Origin: Nitrososphaeraceae archaeon
GTDB lineage: Archaea; Thermoproteota; Nitrososphaeria; Nitrososphaerales; Nitrososphaeraceae
NCBI GenBank assembly: GCA_035297365.1
Contig: DATGZA010000011.1
Coordinates: forward strand, 1-64,000
Direction: 5' to 3'
DNA: 64,000 bases
In this document: one piece after another, positions 20,094 through 31,370 of the stretch
Layout: each line of letters opens with the position of its first letter
How positions within the stretch are numbered: the stretch's first letter is position 1
Program-made: the position numbers and the translations under genes
The notes under the pieces: generated by a model
What the model was told of the DNA's origin: nothing
The model's database searches: none
What the model saw: the letters and a program-made list of their open reading frames with translations, nothing else

Positions 20094-22268
20094 ATGGTTT
20101 TTTGGATTAAAGATTGCAAAAATAATACAATAAAAATAGAAGACACCAAATGGAACAATTATTTTTATTTAGCAACCAATAATACCTTTAATTTAGAACA
20201 AATATGTAATCTTAGAGAGACAGAAGATTTCATTAAAAAAACTGAATACGTATATAGATATGAGAAAATAACAGATGATGAAAAATCCAAAGTATTAAAG
20301 ATATACACACAATATATTGGAAGCAATGTAAAACTTGCAAATATGATAGAAAAGAAAATAGTAAAAGTATCTGGAGGATTTCGATTATACAATATAGATC
20401 TTTTACCAGTACAGCATTATTTTTATGAACATGATTTATTTCCATGTGGCATATTTGATGTCGAAGAGTCCCCGTATGGATTATTTTGGAAAGTGTTTGA
20501 TGATGATTGTGTATCTTTGACAGATTATATTGTACCAAATTTTAGAAATATTTATTTAAAGATAAACTTTCAAAAAGGAGGGATACCAAAATTATCAGAT
20601 AAATTAAAACATATTACTATTACTACAACTTGTGACAAAGAACCAAAAATAAATATTCAAAATGAATCAGAAGATGAAATAATTATACAGTTATCCAAGA
20701 TAGTAAAAAAATTAGATCCTGATATAATTATAACAGAGAACGGAGATTCATTTCTTTTTCCCTATCTAATTCATAGGGCATCAGAAAATAATCTGGATTT
20801 GGTACTTGGTAGAGATTCTGATGTCACACTAAAAAAACCTACGAGAAACGGCGTCTCGTATTTTTCATATGGTAGAACATACTATAAACCATCTAGCGTC
20901 AGATTTTATGGTAGATGTCATATAGATACAAGTTCCTCTTTTCTTTGGAGAGAAACTCAAGATATCCATGGACTTGTTGAGATTTCTAGACTATCAAGAC
21001 TTCCCTTGCATGAGACCTCAAGAGCAACAATTGGTAAATGCTTGACAAGTTTTCATCTGTATAATGCAACAAAAAAAGGTATTCTCGTACCCTGGAAACC
21101 AACAATGTCAGAATATCCGAAAACATTAAGAGAACTTTTTATTGCCGATAGAGGAGGTCTCATACTGGAACCAGAAATTGGAGTTCATGAAAAAGTAGCC
21201 GAATTTGATTTTGTATCTTTATATCCAAATATAATATACAAAAAAAATATCTCAGCTGAGACAATTCTATGTCAATGTTGTTACTTGGATTCAAATAACA
21301 AAATACCTGAATTAAATTATCACATCTGTATAAGAAAGGAAGGATTGATCCCAAAATCACTGGAACTAGTTCTCAAAAAAAGGTTGCATTATAAACAATT
21401 GAAAAAGATAACTCTTAATGATAACCTAAAAAAAATATATAATGCAAGACAATCTGCATTAAAATGGATTCTTGTAACGTCTTTTGGTTACCTTGGATTT
21501 AGTAATGCAAAATTTGGAAGAATCGATGCACATATTGCAGTTTGTGCTTTTGCTAGAAATATTCTTCTTGAATCAGTAAAGATAGCAGAAGAATTAGGAT
21601 TCGAAGTTTTACATGGAATTGTAGATTCAATATGGATAAAAAAAGAAAATGCTACAAAAAATGATTATATCCAATTAAAAAACAGTATTGAAGAAAGAAC
21701 CGGATTTGAAATATCCTTTGAAGGTGTCTATAAATGGATCGCATTTTTATCTTCTGAACAAGACAATCGCATTCCTGTTACAAATAGATACTTTGGTGTT
21801 TTTGAAGATGGAAAATTGAAAATGAGAGGGATTGAAACTAGAAGACACGACACGCCATTATTTTTTTCAAATTTTCAACAAAATATTATTGAGATTCTTG
21901 CAAGTGCTAATAATAGACAGGAACTAAGACAAAAATTGTCAGAAATCTATTTTCTTTATAAAAGATACTTATTGCTACTTAGAGAAAGAAAAGTATCAAT
22001 AGAAGATTTAATTTTTACAAAACAATTGTCTAAAAATTATAATGAATATGAAAATAGAAATACCATTGAAAACAATGTATTAAAGATTTTAACATCTAAC
22101 AAAGAATTTCCAAAGGCAGGTCAACTTCTAAAATATGTAATAACTTATTATCCAAGACGGAAAGCAATACCATTACAACTTGTAGATGATAAAACTAGAT
22201 ATGATATAGATAGATATTCTGAATTGCTAGCAGATATTTATGATTCAATTGTGAAAATCATAAATTAG
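20094..22268 (+). CDS. polB2: Family B DNA polymerase, PolB2 (Dpo2) group
   Basis: Motif A DFVSLYPNII, motif B RQSALKWILVTSFGY, motif C HGIVDS (PolB2-type variant of YGDTDS), RGIETRRHD; frame extends upstream to ITGWIFDAY at 20052. Confidence 0.92.
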   Translation: MVFWIKDCKNNTIKIEDTKWNNYFYLATNNTFNLEQICNLRETEDFIKKTEYVYRYEKITDDEKSKVLKIYTQYIGSNVKLANMIEKKIVKVSGGFRLYNIDLLPVQHYFYEHDLFPCGIFDVEESPYGLFWKVFDDDCVSLTDYIVPNFRNIYLKINFQKGGIPKLSDKLKHITITTTCDKEPKINIQNESEDEIIIQLSKIVKKLDPDIIITENGDSFLFPYLIHRASENNLDLVLGRDSDVTLKKPTRNGVSYFSYGRTYYKPSSVRFYGRCHIDTSSSFLWRETQDIHGLVEISRLSRLPLHETSRATIGKCLTSFHLYNATKKGILVPWKPTMSEYPKTLRELFIADRGGLILEPEIGVHEKVAEFDFVSLYPNIIYKKNISAETILCQCCYLDSNNKIPELNYHICIRKEGLIPKSLELVLKKRLHYKQLKKITLNDNLKKIYNARQSALKWILVTSFGYLGFSNAKFGRIDAHIAVCAFARNILLESVKIAEELGFEVLHGIVDSIWIKKENATKNDYIQLKNSIEERTGFEISFEGVYKWIAFLSSEQDNRIPVTNRYFGVFEDGKLKMRGIETRRHDTPLFFSNFQQNIIEILASANNRQELRQKLSEIYFLYKRYLLLLRERKVSIEDLIFTKQLSKNYNEYENRNTIENNVLKILTSNKEFPKAGQLLKYVITYYPRRKAIPLQLVDDKTRYDIDRYSELLADIYDSIVKIIN

Positions 22269-22592
22269 ACAGCATAAAGAGAAACGATATTTTTCATTGT
22301 TTATCAAACATAGTAAATGTAAAAGCATACATTAATTCTAATTCGCATTGTAATTTAAATAAAGAACTGAATGAATACAACCTATTTGTTATTAATGTGT
22401 TATGTCCATTGTTTTTATGTCATATGATCAGTTATAATGAATCTATTATAATAAAAATCTAAATATGAATTATAATTGACAGCAGCAGCTGTGCAGGTAT
22501 TAACAAATTTCTAAAAGTCGGTCTATTGATCCAGAAAAGTGAAAAAAAGATAACTATAATGATAACAATAATGATAACAATATCATAATGTT

Positions 22593-22862
22593 ATGAGTCA
22601 AAAATCACTAATTTGTATATATACAAACAAAGACAGAAATGAATTTGCTATTGGGTTAAAGGGAGACGAGAATTTTAGGGCAATGACGAAAGTAGGTGAA
22701 TTTTATACAAGATTTGTTGATGCTTTTGATCAGATGGTGGACGAGAAGGAAATTGATTGGAAACAGGAATTAAAGAAATGGATTGCGGCTGCAAAGAAAA
22801 ATGAAACCATATTTGTAGAAGTTGACCTAAGTGGTTGCAATGAAGTAACAGATTTACCTTGA
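22593..22862 (+). CDS. Hypothetical protein
   Basis: 89-aa ORF with protein-like composition. Confidence 0.6.
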   Translation: MSQKSLICIYTNKDRNEFAIGLKGDENFRAMTKVGEFYTRFVDAFDQMVDEKEIDWKQELKKWIAAAKKNETIFVEVDLSGCNEVTDLP

Positions 22863-22967
22863 CGAGAAATAAAAGAATGAAACACCACAATGTATTCAAA
22901 TCCTACTGATAGAATGATTATTGTTATAAAATAAATGTTAAATTAATATTGTATTTTATTTTTATCA

Positions 22968-23230
22968 ATGTCTGAAATAAAATCAAAGATCTGTAAAGCT
23001 AGTGAAATAGGTGAAGTAATAGGTAAGATAAGCTCTTTATCAATATCAAAAAGTCTTGACACAAATTCAGCTCTTCATTTTAGTGAATTAAAAAAAATAT
23101 TATCAGGGATAAGGAATAAAGTTTTATCAGAAGATTGTAACAGTTAGAGCAAGAGAAAATAGTGAATAAAACAACAACAAAAGATGAATCTAATGATATA
23201 TTATGTAGTCTTACTCGATTAGAACCCATT
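22968..23230 (+). pseudogene. HxlR-family wHTH regulator, frameshifted and decayed
   Basis: C.ASEIGEVIGK...HFSELKKILSGIRNKVLSE, then LEQEKIVNK in a shifted frame. Confidence 0.65.
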
Positions 23231-23738
23231 TAAGTTAATCTGGTCTCATGCAATCTTTATAGATCATATGAGTTTAGTAACATACCCAATATTCCTATTA
23301 AGAAATATTTAACCCATTTCATGCATGGCACCAAGAAGATATGAATCCAATTGAAAGAATCAATATTTGTGTTATAATAAAGAATGTAAATACTAAATCC
23401 AATCTCTTTAAACTAATAATCCTTTACTAATATGTTTCAGTCATAGCCTCAATCTCATACGGATTATATTAACTTTAAACCTAGCCAATAAAACAGTATT
23501 GGAACAGACTAAAACATTTTCATATCGTCATAGCCGATAATATTTATTTGGAGGTATTTCTGAAAATACCCTCATACATAGATAGAAAATTAGTCTTGAA
23601 AATAGGATGAGAGAGAATCAAAGAAAAAGAAAGTTGTATAAGCATAAGTCATAGTCAAATTATTTATTAGAAAATTCTCATTCTTTGATTTTATGATATT
23701 CTTTATAGTATTTTGGGAAAGTTGATTTGATTTTTAAT

Positions 23739-25310
23739 CTAATTTTTATTGATGTTTTGTTTATCTGATAACTTATCAAATAATGATATGATTTTTTTAA
23801 AATCATCTTCGGTAGCATTCGATTTAGCAAATTCTACTAGATCAGTAATTTTCAAACATTCTCTAATAGTATCTATAGGATAATTATGTTTTTGTATTAA
23901 TCTTATTAATTCTTCACTAGTTATTTCTCTTTTAAGATCTGCATCATAGCTCAAAAATAATCTAATTGCTTTGCCGGCAGTTCCAAAAGCTTCCTTGTAT
24001 TCTCCTTTATCATGATACTGTTGAGCTTGAGATATTAGTTTTTTCGATTCAATAATGTGTTCAAAGGATTTTAATTTTGGAATTGGAGATGAATCATTTA
24101 TAGTAAATGTTTTTTTCTTTAAGAATTTTTTAATTACAAAATAAACAGATATTACAGATATAATAGCCACAACCGATAGTATTAACAAAATTAGATTATA
24201 TGAGTTAGAACTGTTATCTTCTAATGTAACACGCTTAATCTCATCATTTTCAAAATTTCCTATGATTTTTGCGTTATCATGTTTTTGATTCTCATATTGA
24301 AGTATTATATTAGTTTCATTTTCATTGTCTTGAAAATTGATATCATTTTGAGAAAATCCTTCTGTGACTAACTGATTATGAAATTGTTGATATAGCTTAT
24401 TTTGTTTTAATTTTTCCAAAAGCTTTTCTTGTTGGTCTTGTGTTTGTTGTTTGAGCTCTGTTATTGTTCCATTTTTCATATTTCCTTGTAATGTAGCCCA
24501 TTTTCCATCTGTATTTTTGTATTTTAGATCAAAACTGCCAGTACCATTAGACATAGGATTCAAAATACTGTTAGTAACATTATAACCATTCTCTAAGAGT
24601 TTTTGGTGTCTATTTAGAAAACCATTATTAGATAATAACTGCTTTTCAAACTCTTTTTTTATTTGTTCTTGTTGTTGTACCTGTTTTTGTATTTGTTGCT
24701 TTAATGCTTGGCTGTCTTGAGATAATTGGTTGTTTTGAAGAAGTTGTTGCTGATTTTGTGATGGATTTTGTTGATTTCCAAGTAGTTCATTTAGTCTTTG
24801 TTCCATCTGTTGTTCTTGTTGAGAAAATAAATCTTGTTGCTTAGATTGTGTGTTTGGTTGAGAAGAGCTTTGCATTTTATTTTGTTGATTATTTTTTTGA
24901 GAATCATCAGATACAAAGTGAATTCTTATAGGACCTAGAGAAACAGTTCGATCTTCGTTTTCATTATAATTAAAATTTAGATTCAGGATTAAATTAGAGG
25001 GAGTATCAGACGTACCTAAATCCAAAGAAATTTTTTGGTTCTCTTCGTTTATTACAAGAGATTTTGCTTCTGTATTAGAATTTGAGAATTGAACATTTCC
25101 CTGATTGATTTGCTGTGTTATGGTGTATTGTAAGATGCCAGAAATCTGTTTTTCATAAGTGCTATTTATTTCAATTGGAATTATAGCCTTTTCGCCAATC
25201 TTAAAATAATATTCACTTTGTTCAGTTGACAACAAAATATCTTGTGCATAAACAACTTGGATGGAAACTAGACAAATAAATAATAATAATAATAAAACAA
25301 GTATTTTCAT
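23739..25310 (-). CDS. Gln-rich membrane-anchored protein of the MoxR/VWA operon
   Basis: Signal peptide, Q-rich coiled region, TM near residue 375-395, helical C-terminal domain (DLVEFAK). Confidence 0.8.
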   Translation of the reverse strand: MKILVLLLLLFICLVSIQVVYAQDILLSTEQSEYYFKIGEKAIIPIEINSTYEKQISGILQYTITQQINQGNVQFSNSNTEAKSLVINEENQKISLDLGTSDTPSNLILNLNFNYNENEDRTVSLGPIRIHFVSDDSQKNNQQNKMQSSSQPNTQSKQQDLFSQQEQQMEQRLNELLGNQQNPSQNQQQLLQNNQLSQDSQALKQQIQKQVQQQEQIKKEFEKQLLSNNGFLNRHQKLLENGYNVTNSILNPMSNGTGSFDLKYKNTDGKWATLQGNMKNGTITELKQQTQDQQEKLLEKLKQNKLYQQFHNQLVTEGFSQNDINFQDNENETNIILQYENQKHDNAKIIGNFENDEIKRVTLEDNSSNSYNLILLILSVVAIISVISVYFVIKKFLKKKTFTINDSSPIPKLKSFEHIIESKKLISQAQQYHDKGEYKEAFGTAGKAIRLFLSYDADLKREITSEELIRLIQKHNYPIDTIRECLKITDLVEFAKSNATEDDFKKIISLFDKLSDKQNINKN

Positions 25311-26263
25311 TGTATTATTCTGCCTCTACCATATCTCAAATAGATCTGTAAAAAGAGAATACCAAGCGCAAAGACAAAAAACCAATCTTTAATGTTAGTT
25401 TCTTCTTTTTCTCGTTTTATATCAGTACTGATGTTTTGATAAATCTCATTTAATGTTTTAATATCAACAGACTTGAAATATTTGCCACCAGTCTGCTCTG
25501 CAATAGCTTTGAGTGTACCTTCGTCTAGTTCTGCATATTGCGTTCTACCAAAAAAATCATAACCAAGAACAGTTTTTCCTTCAGAACCAAGACCAATTGT
25601 GTAAACTTGAATATTGTTTGATTTTGCAAAAGATACGGCTTCTGATGGAGAGATTACTCCTGCATTACTTACCCCATCGCTGAGTAAAATCACAACTTTT
25701 TTCTTATTTTGGACAGAGGTTGCCATATCAATTCCCAGACTTAATCCATCACCAATAGCCGTTTCACCGTTCGTTGGAGAAATATTAGAGAGTTTTTCTA
25801 TAACTTTGTCCTTATCTGGACTCAGATACGCTGCAGTAGTTGCACCTGTCCCAAATATTACAATTCCAGCATTATCTTTAGGGGGTAATGACTCTACAAG
25901 AATTTTTGCAGAATTTTTTGCAGCCTCAAGCCTGTCAGGTTTATAATCTGTAGCTTGCATACTGCCTGAAACATCAATCACAAGCACTACATTTACTCCT
26001 TCTTTACTTTGTTCAAGCGGGATGTGTGGATTAGCAAATCCTATAATCATCAATCCAATTGTTGCCAAAGATAGGTAAAATAACCATAAATCTCTCTGAG
26101 ATTTTCTTTTATTGCCTATTGCAGATTTAATAAATTCTAAATTACTAAATTTTATCGCTTCCTTTCTCCTTTTCGATATTATTTTAAAATATAGAATATA
26201 TAATCCAGGAATAACAAGAAGAGCAATTAAAACAATCTGAGAATCGAATCCGGCCAAAATCAT
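25307..26263 (-). CDS. VWA domain protein (BatA-like)
   Basis: MIDAS DVSGSM, TAIGDGL, LLSDG and VYTIG; N- and C-terminal TMs. Confidence 0.92.
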   Translation of the reverse strand: MILAGFDSQIVLIALLVIPGLYILYFKIISKRRKEAIKFSNLEFIKSAIGNKRKSQRDLWLFYLSLATIGLMIIGFANPHIPLEQSKEGVNVVLVIDVSGSMQATDYKPDRLEAAKNSAKILVESLPPKDNAGIVIFGTGATTAAYLSPDKDKVIEKLSNISPTNGETAIGDGLSLGIDMATSVQNKKKVVILLSDGVSNAGVISPSEAVSFAKSNNIQVYTIGLGSEGKTVLGYDFFGRTQYAELDEGTLKAIAEQTGGKYFKSVDIKTLNEIYQNISTDIKREKEETNIKDWFFVFALGILFLQIYLRYGRGRIIQ

Positions 26264-27138
26264 TATCTCCTGACCCTTTTTTTAAAAAATTTTCTTAAGG
26301 GGATCTCATAATTTTCATCAGATAAAATCTTTATAAAATCTACTTTCAATTTTATTAGATTTAACATCAATTGTGACTCATGATTAGATACAATCGCGGT
26401 ATATTTTTTTTGAAATAAAGGATCTGATGTATCCACAAGAATCTGTTCTCCTGTTTCTTCATCTTCAAGCTGGATTAATCCTATTTCAGGAATTTCTTGC
26501 TCACGTAAATCAGAGATTTTTAATATAATGACATCATGTTTTCTCCTCAATATTTTTAACGGTTTTAGATAATCATTTGAATCAAAAAAATCCGAAAGTA
26601 TAAACAAAATACAGCGTTTTTTTAGAATTTGTGAGACTTTAGCAAGTGTTGTTTTCAGGTTAGTATTCTTTGATTTTGGTTCGAAAGAAATAACTGAGCT
26701 TAGAATTTGCAGAGCATGTTTTTTGCCCTTTCTTGCAGGAATAAATTTTTCAATTTTATCAGTAAATAAAAAAATACCAATATTATCATTATTTCTCAGT
26801 GCTGCAAACATCAAGCTTGCTACAATTTCTAATGCTTTTCTTTTTTTAGGAATTTTATTTCCAAAACTTCCAGAGCTGGACATATCTAAAAGAAAATATA
26901 CTTGCAGATCTCGTTCTTCAACAAATTCTTTAACGTAAGGTTGATTGTATCTAGCAGTAACATTCCAATCTATAGAACGTATATCGTCTCCTGACCTATA
27001 TTCTCTAAGTTCTGAAAATTCAATACCTTGACCTTTAAATGCGGAGTGATAATTTCCAGTGATTAATTCATTTACTAAATATTTTGTAGAAATTTCTAGT
27101 TTTTTGATTTGTTTTAGAATTTCTTGTGTTTGCTGCAT
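26263..27138 (-). CDS. DUF58 family protein
   Basis: GQGIEFSELREYRSGDDIRSIDWNVTAR. Confidence 0.93.
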   Translation of the reverse strand: MQQTQEILKQIKKLEISTKYLVNELITGNYHSAFKGQGIEFSELREYRSGDDIRSIDWNVTARYNQPYVKEFVEERDLQVYFLLDMSSSGSFGNKIPKKRKALEIVASLMFAALRNNDNIGIFLFTDKIEKFIPARKGKKHALQILSSVISFEPKSKNTNLKTTLAKVSQILKKRCILFILSDFFDSNDYLKPLKILRRKHDVIILKISDLREQEIPEIGLIQLEDEETGEQILVDTSDPLFQKKYTAIVSNHESQLMLNLIKLKVDFIKILSDENYEIPLRKFFKKRVRR

Positions 27139-27168
27139 TGGATCACTTTTAGATGATTAAAACAACAC

Positions 27169-28170
27169 CTAAGGCACAGGGATTTTCTCTAGAATAGTTT
27201 TAATTATTTGATCACTAGTAATATATTCAGCTTCTGCATCATAGGTAAGAATAATTCTGTGTCGTAGTACATCATAGATAATATCCTGAATATCTTGTGG
27301 AATTACGTATCCCCTTCCATTAAGAATTGCATTGGATTTTGCACCTACCGTGAGCCAGAGGGAAGCCCGTGGTGATGCACCATACTCTATCTTATTGTCC
27401 ATATCCAGATCATAATCTTCTGGATGTCTTGTCGCGTCAACAATCTGTGTTACATAGTCACGAATTTTTTGATCGGTATAAATTCGATGATTAAATTTTT
27501 GAATTTCCATTAATTGATCAGCAGAAATTGTTTTTTGTATTTTAACATCAATGCCTTCTGTGAATCTATGAATAATTTTTGATTCTTCATCTTTTCGAGG
27601 ATAGGAAATTAACAGTTTAAACATAAATCGATCAATTTGTGCTTCAGGTAGCTTGTAGGTACCTTCTGATTCAATAGGATTTTGAGTAGCCATAACAAAA
27701 AATGGTTCCTTAAGTGGAAATGTCTCACCTTGTATGGTTACTTGTTTTTCTTGCATCGCTTCTAATAATGCTGATTGGACTTTTGGAGGGGCTCTGTTTA
27801 TTTCATCCGCCAAAACAAAATGAGAAAAGATCGGTCCTTTTACTGTTCTAAATGATGTAGAATTATGATCGTAAATTTTGGTTCCAATGATATCTGCAGG
27901 CAATAAATCAGGGGTGAATTGTAATCTCACAAAATTGGAATCAATGCATTCCGATAATGTCTTAATCAATAAAGTTTTGGCAAGGCCTGGAACTCCCTCT
28001 AATAATACATGACCCTTTGACAACAATGCTACTATTAATTTGACAATGATTTTATCTTGACCTACAATTACCTTGCTAATCTCATTGTGTACATTAGAAA
28101 GAAGTTGGCAATATTGTTCGGCTTTCCGGTTTAGCTCTTCAATTTCTGGATTCAACATATCCGTCATCAT
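27169..28170 (-). CDS. moxR: MoxR family AAA+ ATPase
   Basis: LLEGVPGLAKT, LQFTPDLLPAD, DEINRAPPKVQSALLEAM and ATQNPIE. Confidence 0.96.
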   Translation of the reverse strand: MMTDMLNPEIEELNRKAEQYCQLLSNVHNEISKVIVGQDKIIVKLIVALLSKGHVLLEGVPGLAKTLLIKTLSECIDSNFVRLQFTPDLLPADIIGTKIYDHNSTSFRTVKGPIFSHFVLADEINRAPPKVQSALLEAMQEKQVTIQGETFPLKEPFFVMATQNPIESEGTYKLPEAQIDRFMFKLLISYPRKDEESKIIHRFTEGIDVKIQKTISADQLMEIQKFNHRIYTDQKIRDYVTQIVDATRHPEDYDLDMDNKIEYGASPRASLWLTVGAKSNAILNGRGYVIPQDIQDIIYDVLRHRIILTYDAEAEYITSDQIIKTILEKIPVP

Positions 28171-29092
28171 ACTAAGTAAACTAGTATGTCAATTTTCATA
28201 TAAATATTGTTTAACAACGTTCTCTAAAGAATTGGTTCATATAAAAATCCAATTCTTATTTACACAGAAATTAAAATAATTCTACAGTAATAGAAATCCA
28301 CAACATATGTTTTCTTAATGTCAGACTTCACAGTTTTCAATTGTCATCTCGCAATTTCTCACTATCTGCAAACCCAACTTTTCCAAAAACCGAATATATG
28401 TTGATTCTACTTGTAATATGTAACTATAATCTAAGTAAATATAAAAACCAGAACAAGAAATGAAAGTGTAGAATATATATTTTATAGTACGTTCAATAGT
28501 ATGAATAAAAAGAAATGAAGTCTCAAATACCTGCAAGTATTAAATTTATTATTCTATCAATTTTGGCGGTGACATTACTGTTTTTCTCTACTGTGAGTGG
28601 TTGAAGGTACAACATCAAAGGCTCTGACGATATTAAAATCTTTTAGTTTGTTCCATTACTGTTTGTTGGCTAGGTTTAAAATTAATATACTCCGTATGAG
28701 ATTGAGGTTCTGATTGTACCGATACGCTAATGGCTATAATACTGCCTCATAAAGAAGGCGAATGAATGTTTACAGTCTGCAAACCTAATGAAAGAAAATA
28801 AAAAAAGAATTAAAAGAAAAAAGTAAGAAAAGTAACATACCTACCATTCTCTCTTGATTAATTAGAGTTGTATTTGTTGTTTATTCTGTAGATACGTACA
28901 AATATGTTTCTTGTTTGTCTTTACTTCAATACTCATCTTTAGAGGATTTAATAAATAAAGATGTCAAATTAAAAATTCAACAGCACAGAGATGATAGTAT
29001 TTTTTATTTGTTCCTCATTTATAGCGATGTATGGAATTTCTAGTAAAAAGTGTATTCCGGTATCTCAAAATTTATTAAATCTAACAAGATGC

Positions 29093-29905
29093 TTACTTCA
29101 CTACTTGAAGAGAATATGTAACATCTGCGAAATGAGGACTAGTACCAGCTGAAGTGATGGCACCGGTTGGAGTGACGCGAACATTGTAAAAGATTGTATG
29201 CTCCCCAGGAGGAAGTGGCTCCAGGAAGACCCACCATCCATGACTTCCTGCGCGCCATGTTCCTGGCACAACACCTGCTTGATGAGTATCATCTGGTAAG
29301 GTAACGTTAAATCCTGCTGTGTATAATTCGGTAACATTAGTTAGAGAATTTATCTCATAATCTAATGATCCGGATGTCAAAGACATTTTTACATCAAGAT
29401 TGGCAACTGGAATTCCATCGACTTTGACATCTGATCTTATGTTTCCTAGGTTGTATACTTCTCTTGCACATTTCGTTAATTGTTCGTCCAGATTAAAATT
29501 CGGATTTCGGATTTGCGCTCGATCAGTTCCCATGTCACACCATGCAATCCACATTGGTATCATGATACCCTGATTAGACGAGATCTTACATACCTGATGA
29601 ACAGACCCATCCACTATTGTGTTAAGTAGCATAACCAATGACTCTGATTTATTGATAATACATCCGTCGGGTTTTGGAGTGAATTCATCTGTATTAAGCG
29701 AGAAGTCCCAATTAAAATATCTAGAAACCCACTCATCATACTGTACGCCGAATGGTTTCTCGTCTTTTGAAAACAATTCAACTGCACCATATACACTATG
29801 AAGTCCAAAAATCGCAATAAAAGTTGAGAGAAGCAAAAATGCACCTAAAATATAATTTGATCCTCCAGATTTCTTAACAGTACAAAAGATGTTATTGTTA
29901 TTCAT
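29093..29905 (-). CDS. Secreted Cys-containing protein (paralog of 15767..16548)
   Basis: Signal peptide; PFG..Y..W...W...C...C.I....I.IP....WC; [16 protein letters not shown]. Confidence 0.85.
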   Translation of the reverse strand: MNNNNIFCTVKKSGGSNYILGAFLLLSTFIAIFGLHSVYGAVELFSKDEKPFGVQYDEWVSRYFNWDFSLNTDEFTPKPDGCIINKSESLVMLLNTIVDGSVHQVCKISSNQGIMIPMWIAWCDMGTDRAQIRNPNFNLDEQLTKCAREVYNLGNIRSDVKVDGIPVANLDVKMSLTSGSLDYEINSLTNVTELYTAGFNVTLPDDTHQAGVVPGTWRAGSHGWWVFLEPLPPGEHTIFYNVRVTPTGAITSAGTSPHFADVTYSLQVVK

Positions 29906-30017
29906 TAATTTATTGAATGATTAATGTTGTTGCTATTATTATTTTCGATAACCTAAACTAATAGAACATGGTTCTTATTTATACAGGAGTTTCCGTATAT
30001 AGCTTCTATTACGTAAA

Positions 30018-31370
30018 ATGAAGATAAAAATGACTAGTTTCTCAACCTTTAACCTAACGAAGAAGAACTCATTTATCTTCATTTTGATTTTCACAGCTGT
30101 TACGGTAATTGATTCAACGATTGTAGAGTTCTCTTCGTACAGCGGAGCCAGAATTCCGATCTGGTTAAACGTTGCCATTTTTGTCATCTTTTCCATACTA
30201 TTTCTAACGAGTAGCCCCATTCTGCTAAATTTTGTGAGAAGAATTGTATCGAGAGATCCATACCAAGCAATACCGCTAGGTTTTCGGTATTTTCACACCA
30301 TAATTAGTGCCACATTAATCTTGACTGGATCCTTACTACTAATTATTATTTTCCAGATGTTAGTTCTAAATAAATACAGTCTCAATTTGTTAGAGGCCCA
30401 AACTTATATTAGTTATATTTCGGCATTGGTATTTCTGTCGTTCCTGATTTTTTTGTTTGCAGGTTGGTTAACTTCAAAAAGAAATTACATAATCATGTTG
30501 TATACTGTAGCCTTCTCACTTATTTTTGTCAACCTTGTCATCTCCCTCCTATATATTGAATTCTATTTTTCATTTTCAGTGTTACCCGAGGTAAAACCAT
30601 ATCCTATCACTTCATATGTAGTAAACCTTCCTGGATCACCAATTACTGAATCATTATCAGTGGTATTTGATATTCTGTCTCTGTCTTCATTCTTACTTAT
30701 GTGGATAGCTACAGGGATACTTCTGAGTGAGTATAGACGCAAGATGGGTAGAATAAGATTTTTCTCACTAATGAGTATACCATTGATATATTATATCTTT
30801 CCTTTTCAGAATTATTTTGGAGATGTATTTTTCCTCTTGTTGTCCTCCTCTCCAGTGATTTTTAGCGTTATATATGTTCTAATTTTTAGTGCTACAAAGC
30901 AAGTTGGAGCATTATTATTCAGTTTATCTTTTTGGACTGCCTCTTCATTGGTTCACCATGATCGGGTTTACAAATCTCTCCTTATTTCTTCCATAGGTAT
31001 GATGATCCTTTTTTGTTCCACTGAAATAGCACCATTACGAAGTCACGTATATCCACCCTATGGGTTAATAACAGAAGTATTTATACCACTAGGTGCCTAC
31101 CTGCTTCTCGTAGGGATTTTTACCTCAGCCCAGCAAATATCTCAAGATACGAGACTGAGGAGAGAGTTTTACAAGAGTGCTGAGAGCCAGCTGAGTCTTC
31201 TAAAGGATATCGGAGTATCACAGATGGAAAAAGAATTTGAAGCAAAAATAAAATCTTTGCAGCAACGTTCTATACTGTCAGAAAGAAAGAATGAGCCACA
31301 TTTGGAAGAAGAACATGTAAAGGAAATCTTACGTGATGTATTGAATGAACTTTACTATTCAAAGAAGTAA
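30018..31370 (+). CDS. Polytopic membrane protein with cytoplasmic helical tail
   Basis: About 10-12 hydrophobic segments; YPPYG; tail DTRLRREF...LLKDIGVSQMEKE. Confidence 0.85.
   Translation: MKIKMTSFSTFNLTKKNSFIFILIFTAVTVIDSTIVEFSSYSGARIPIWLNVAIFVIFSILFLTSSPILLNFVRRIVSRDPYQAIPLGFRYFHTIISATLILTGSLLLIIIFQMLVLNKYSLNLLEAQTYISYISALVFLSFLIFLFAGWLTSKRNYIIMLYTVAFSLIFVNLVISLLYIEFYFSFSVLPEVKPYPITSYVVNLPGSPITESLSVVFDILSLSSFLLMWIATGILLSEYRRKMGRIRFFSLMSIPLIYYIFPFQNYFGDVFFLLLSSSPVIFSVIYVLIFSATKQVGALLFSLSFWTASSLVHHDRVYKSLLISSIGMMILFCSTEIAPLRSHVYPPYGLITEVFIPLGAYLLLVGIFTSAQQISQDTRLRREFYKSAESQLSLLKDIGVSQMEKEFEAKIKSLQQRSILSERKNEPHLEEEHVKEILRDVLNELYYSKK

Noticed and set aside
20094-22268. PolB as a casposon or viral protein-primed polymerase
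   Set aside because: Motifs are PolB2-type; no cas1, terminal repeats or capsid genes are nearby
22549-22583. GATAAC(A/T)ATAAT x3 as a Fur/DtxR-like box
   Set aside because: Low-complexity repeat in an AT-rich genome with no linked metal-uptake gene
23046-23067. ATCAA-N6-TTGACACAAATT as a further copy of the dispersed repeat
   Set aside because: The spacer differs and it lies within HxlR coding remnants; probably coincidental
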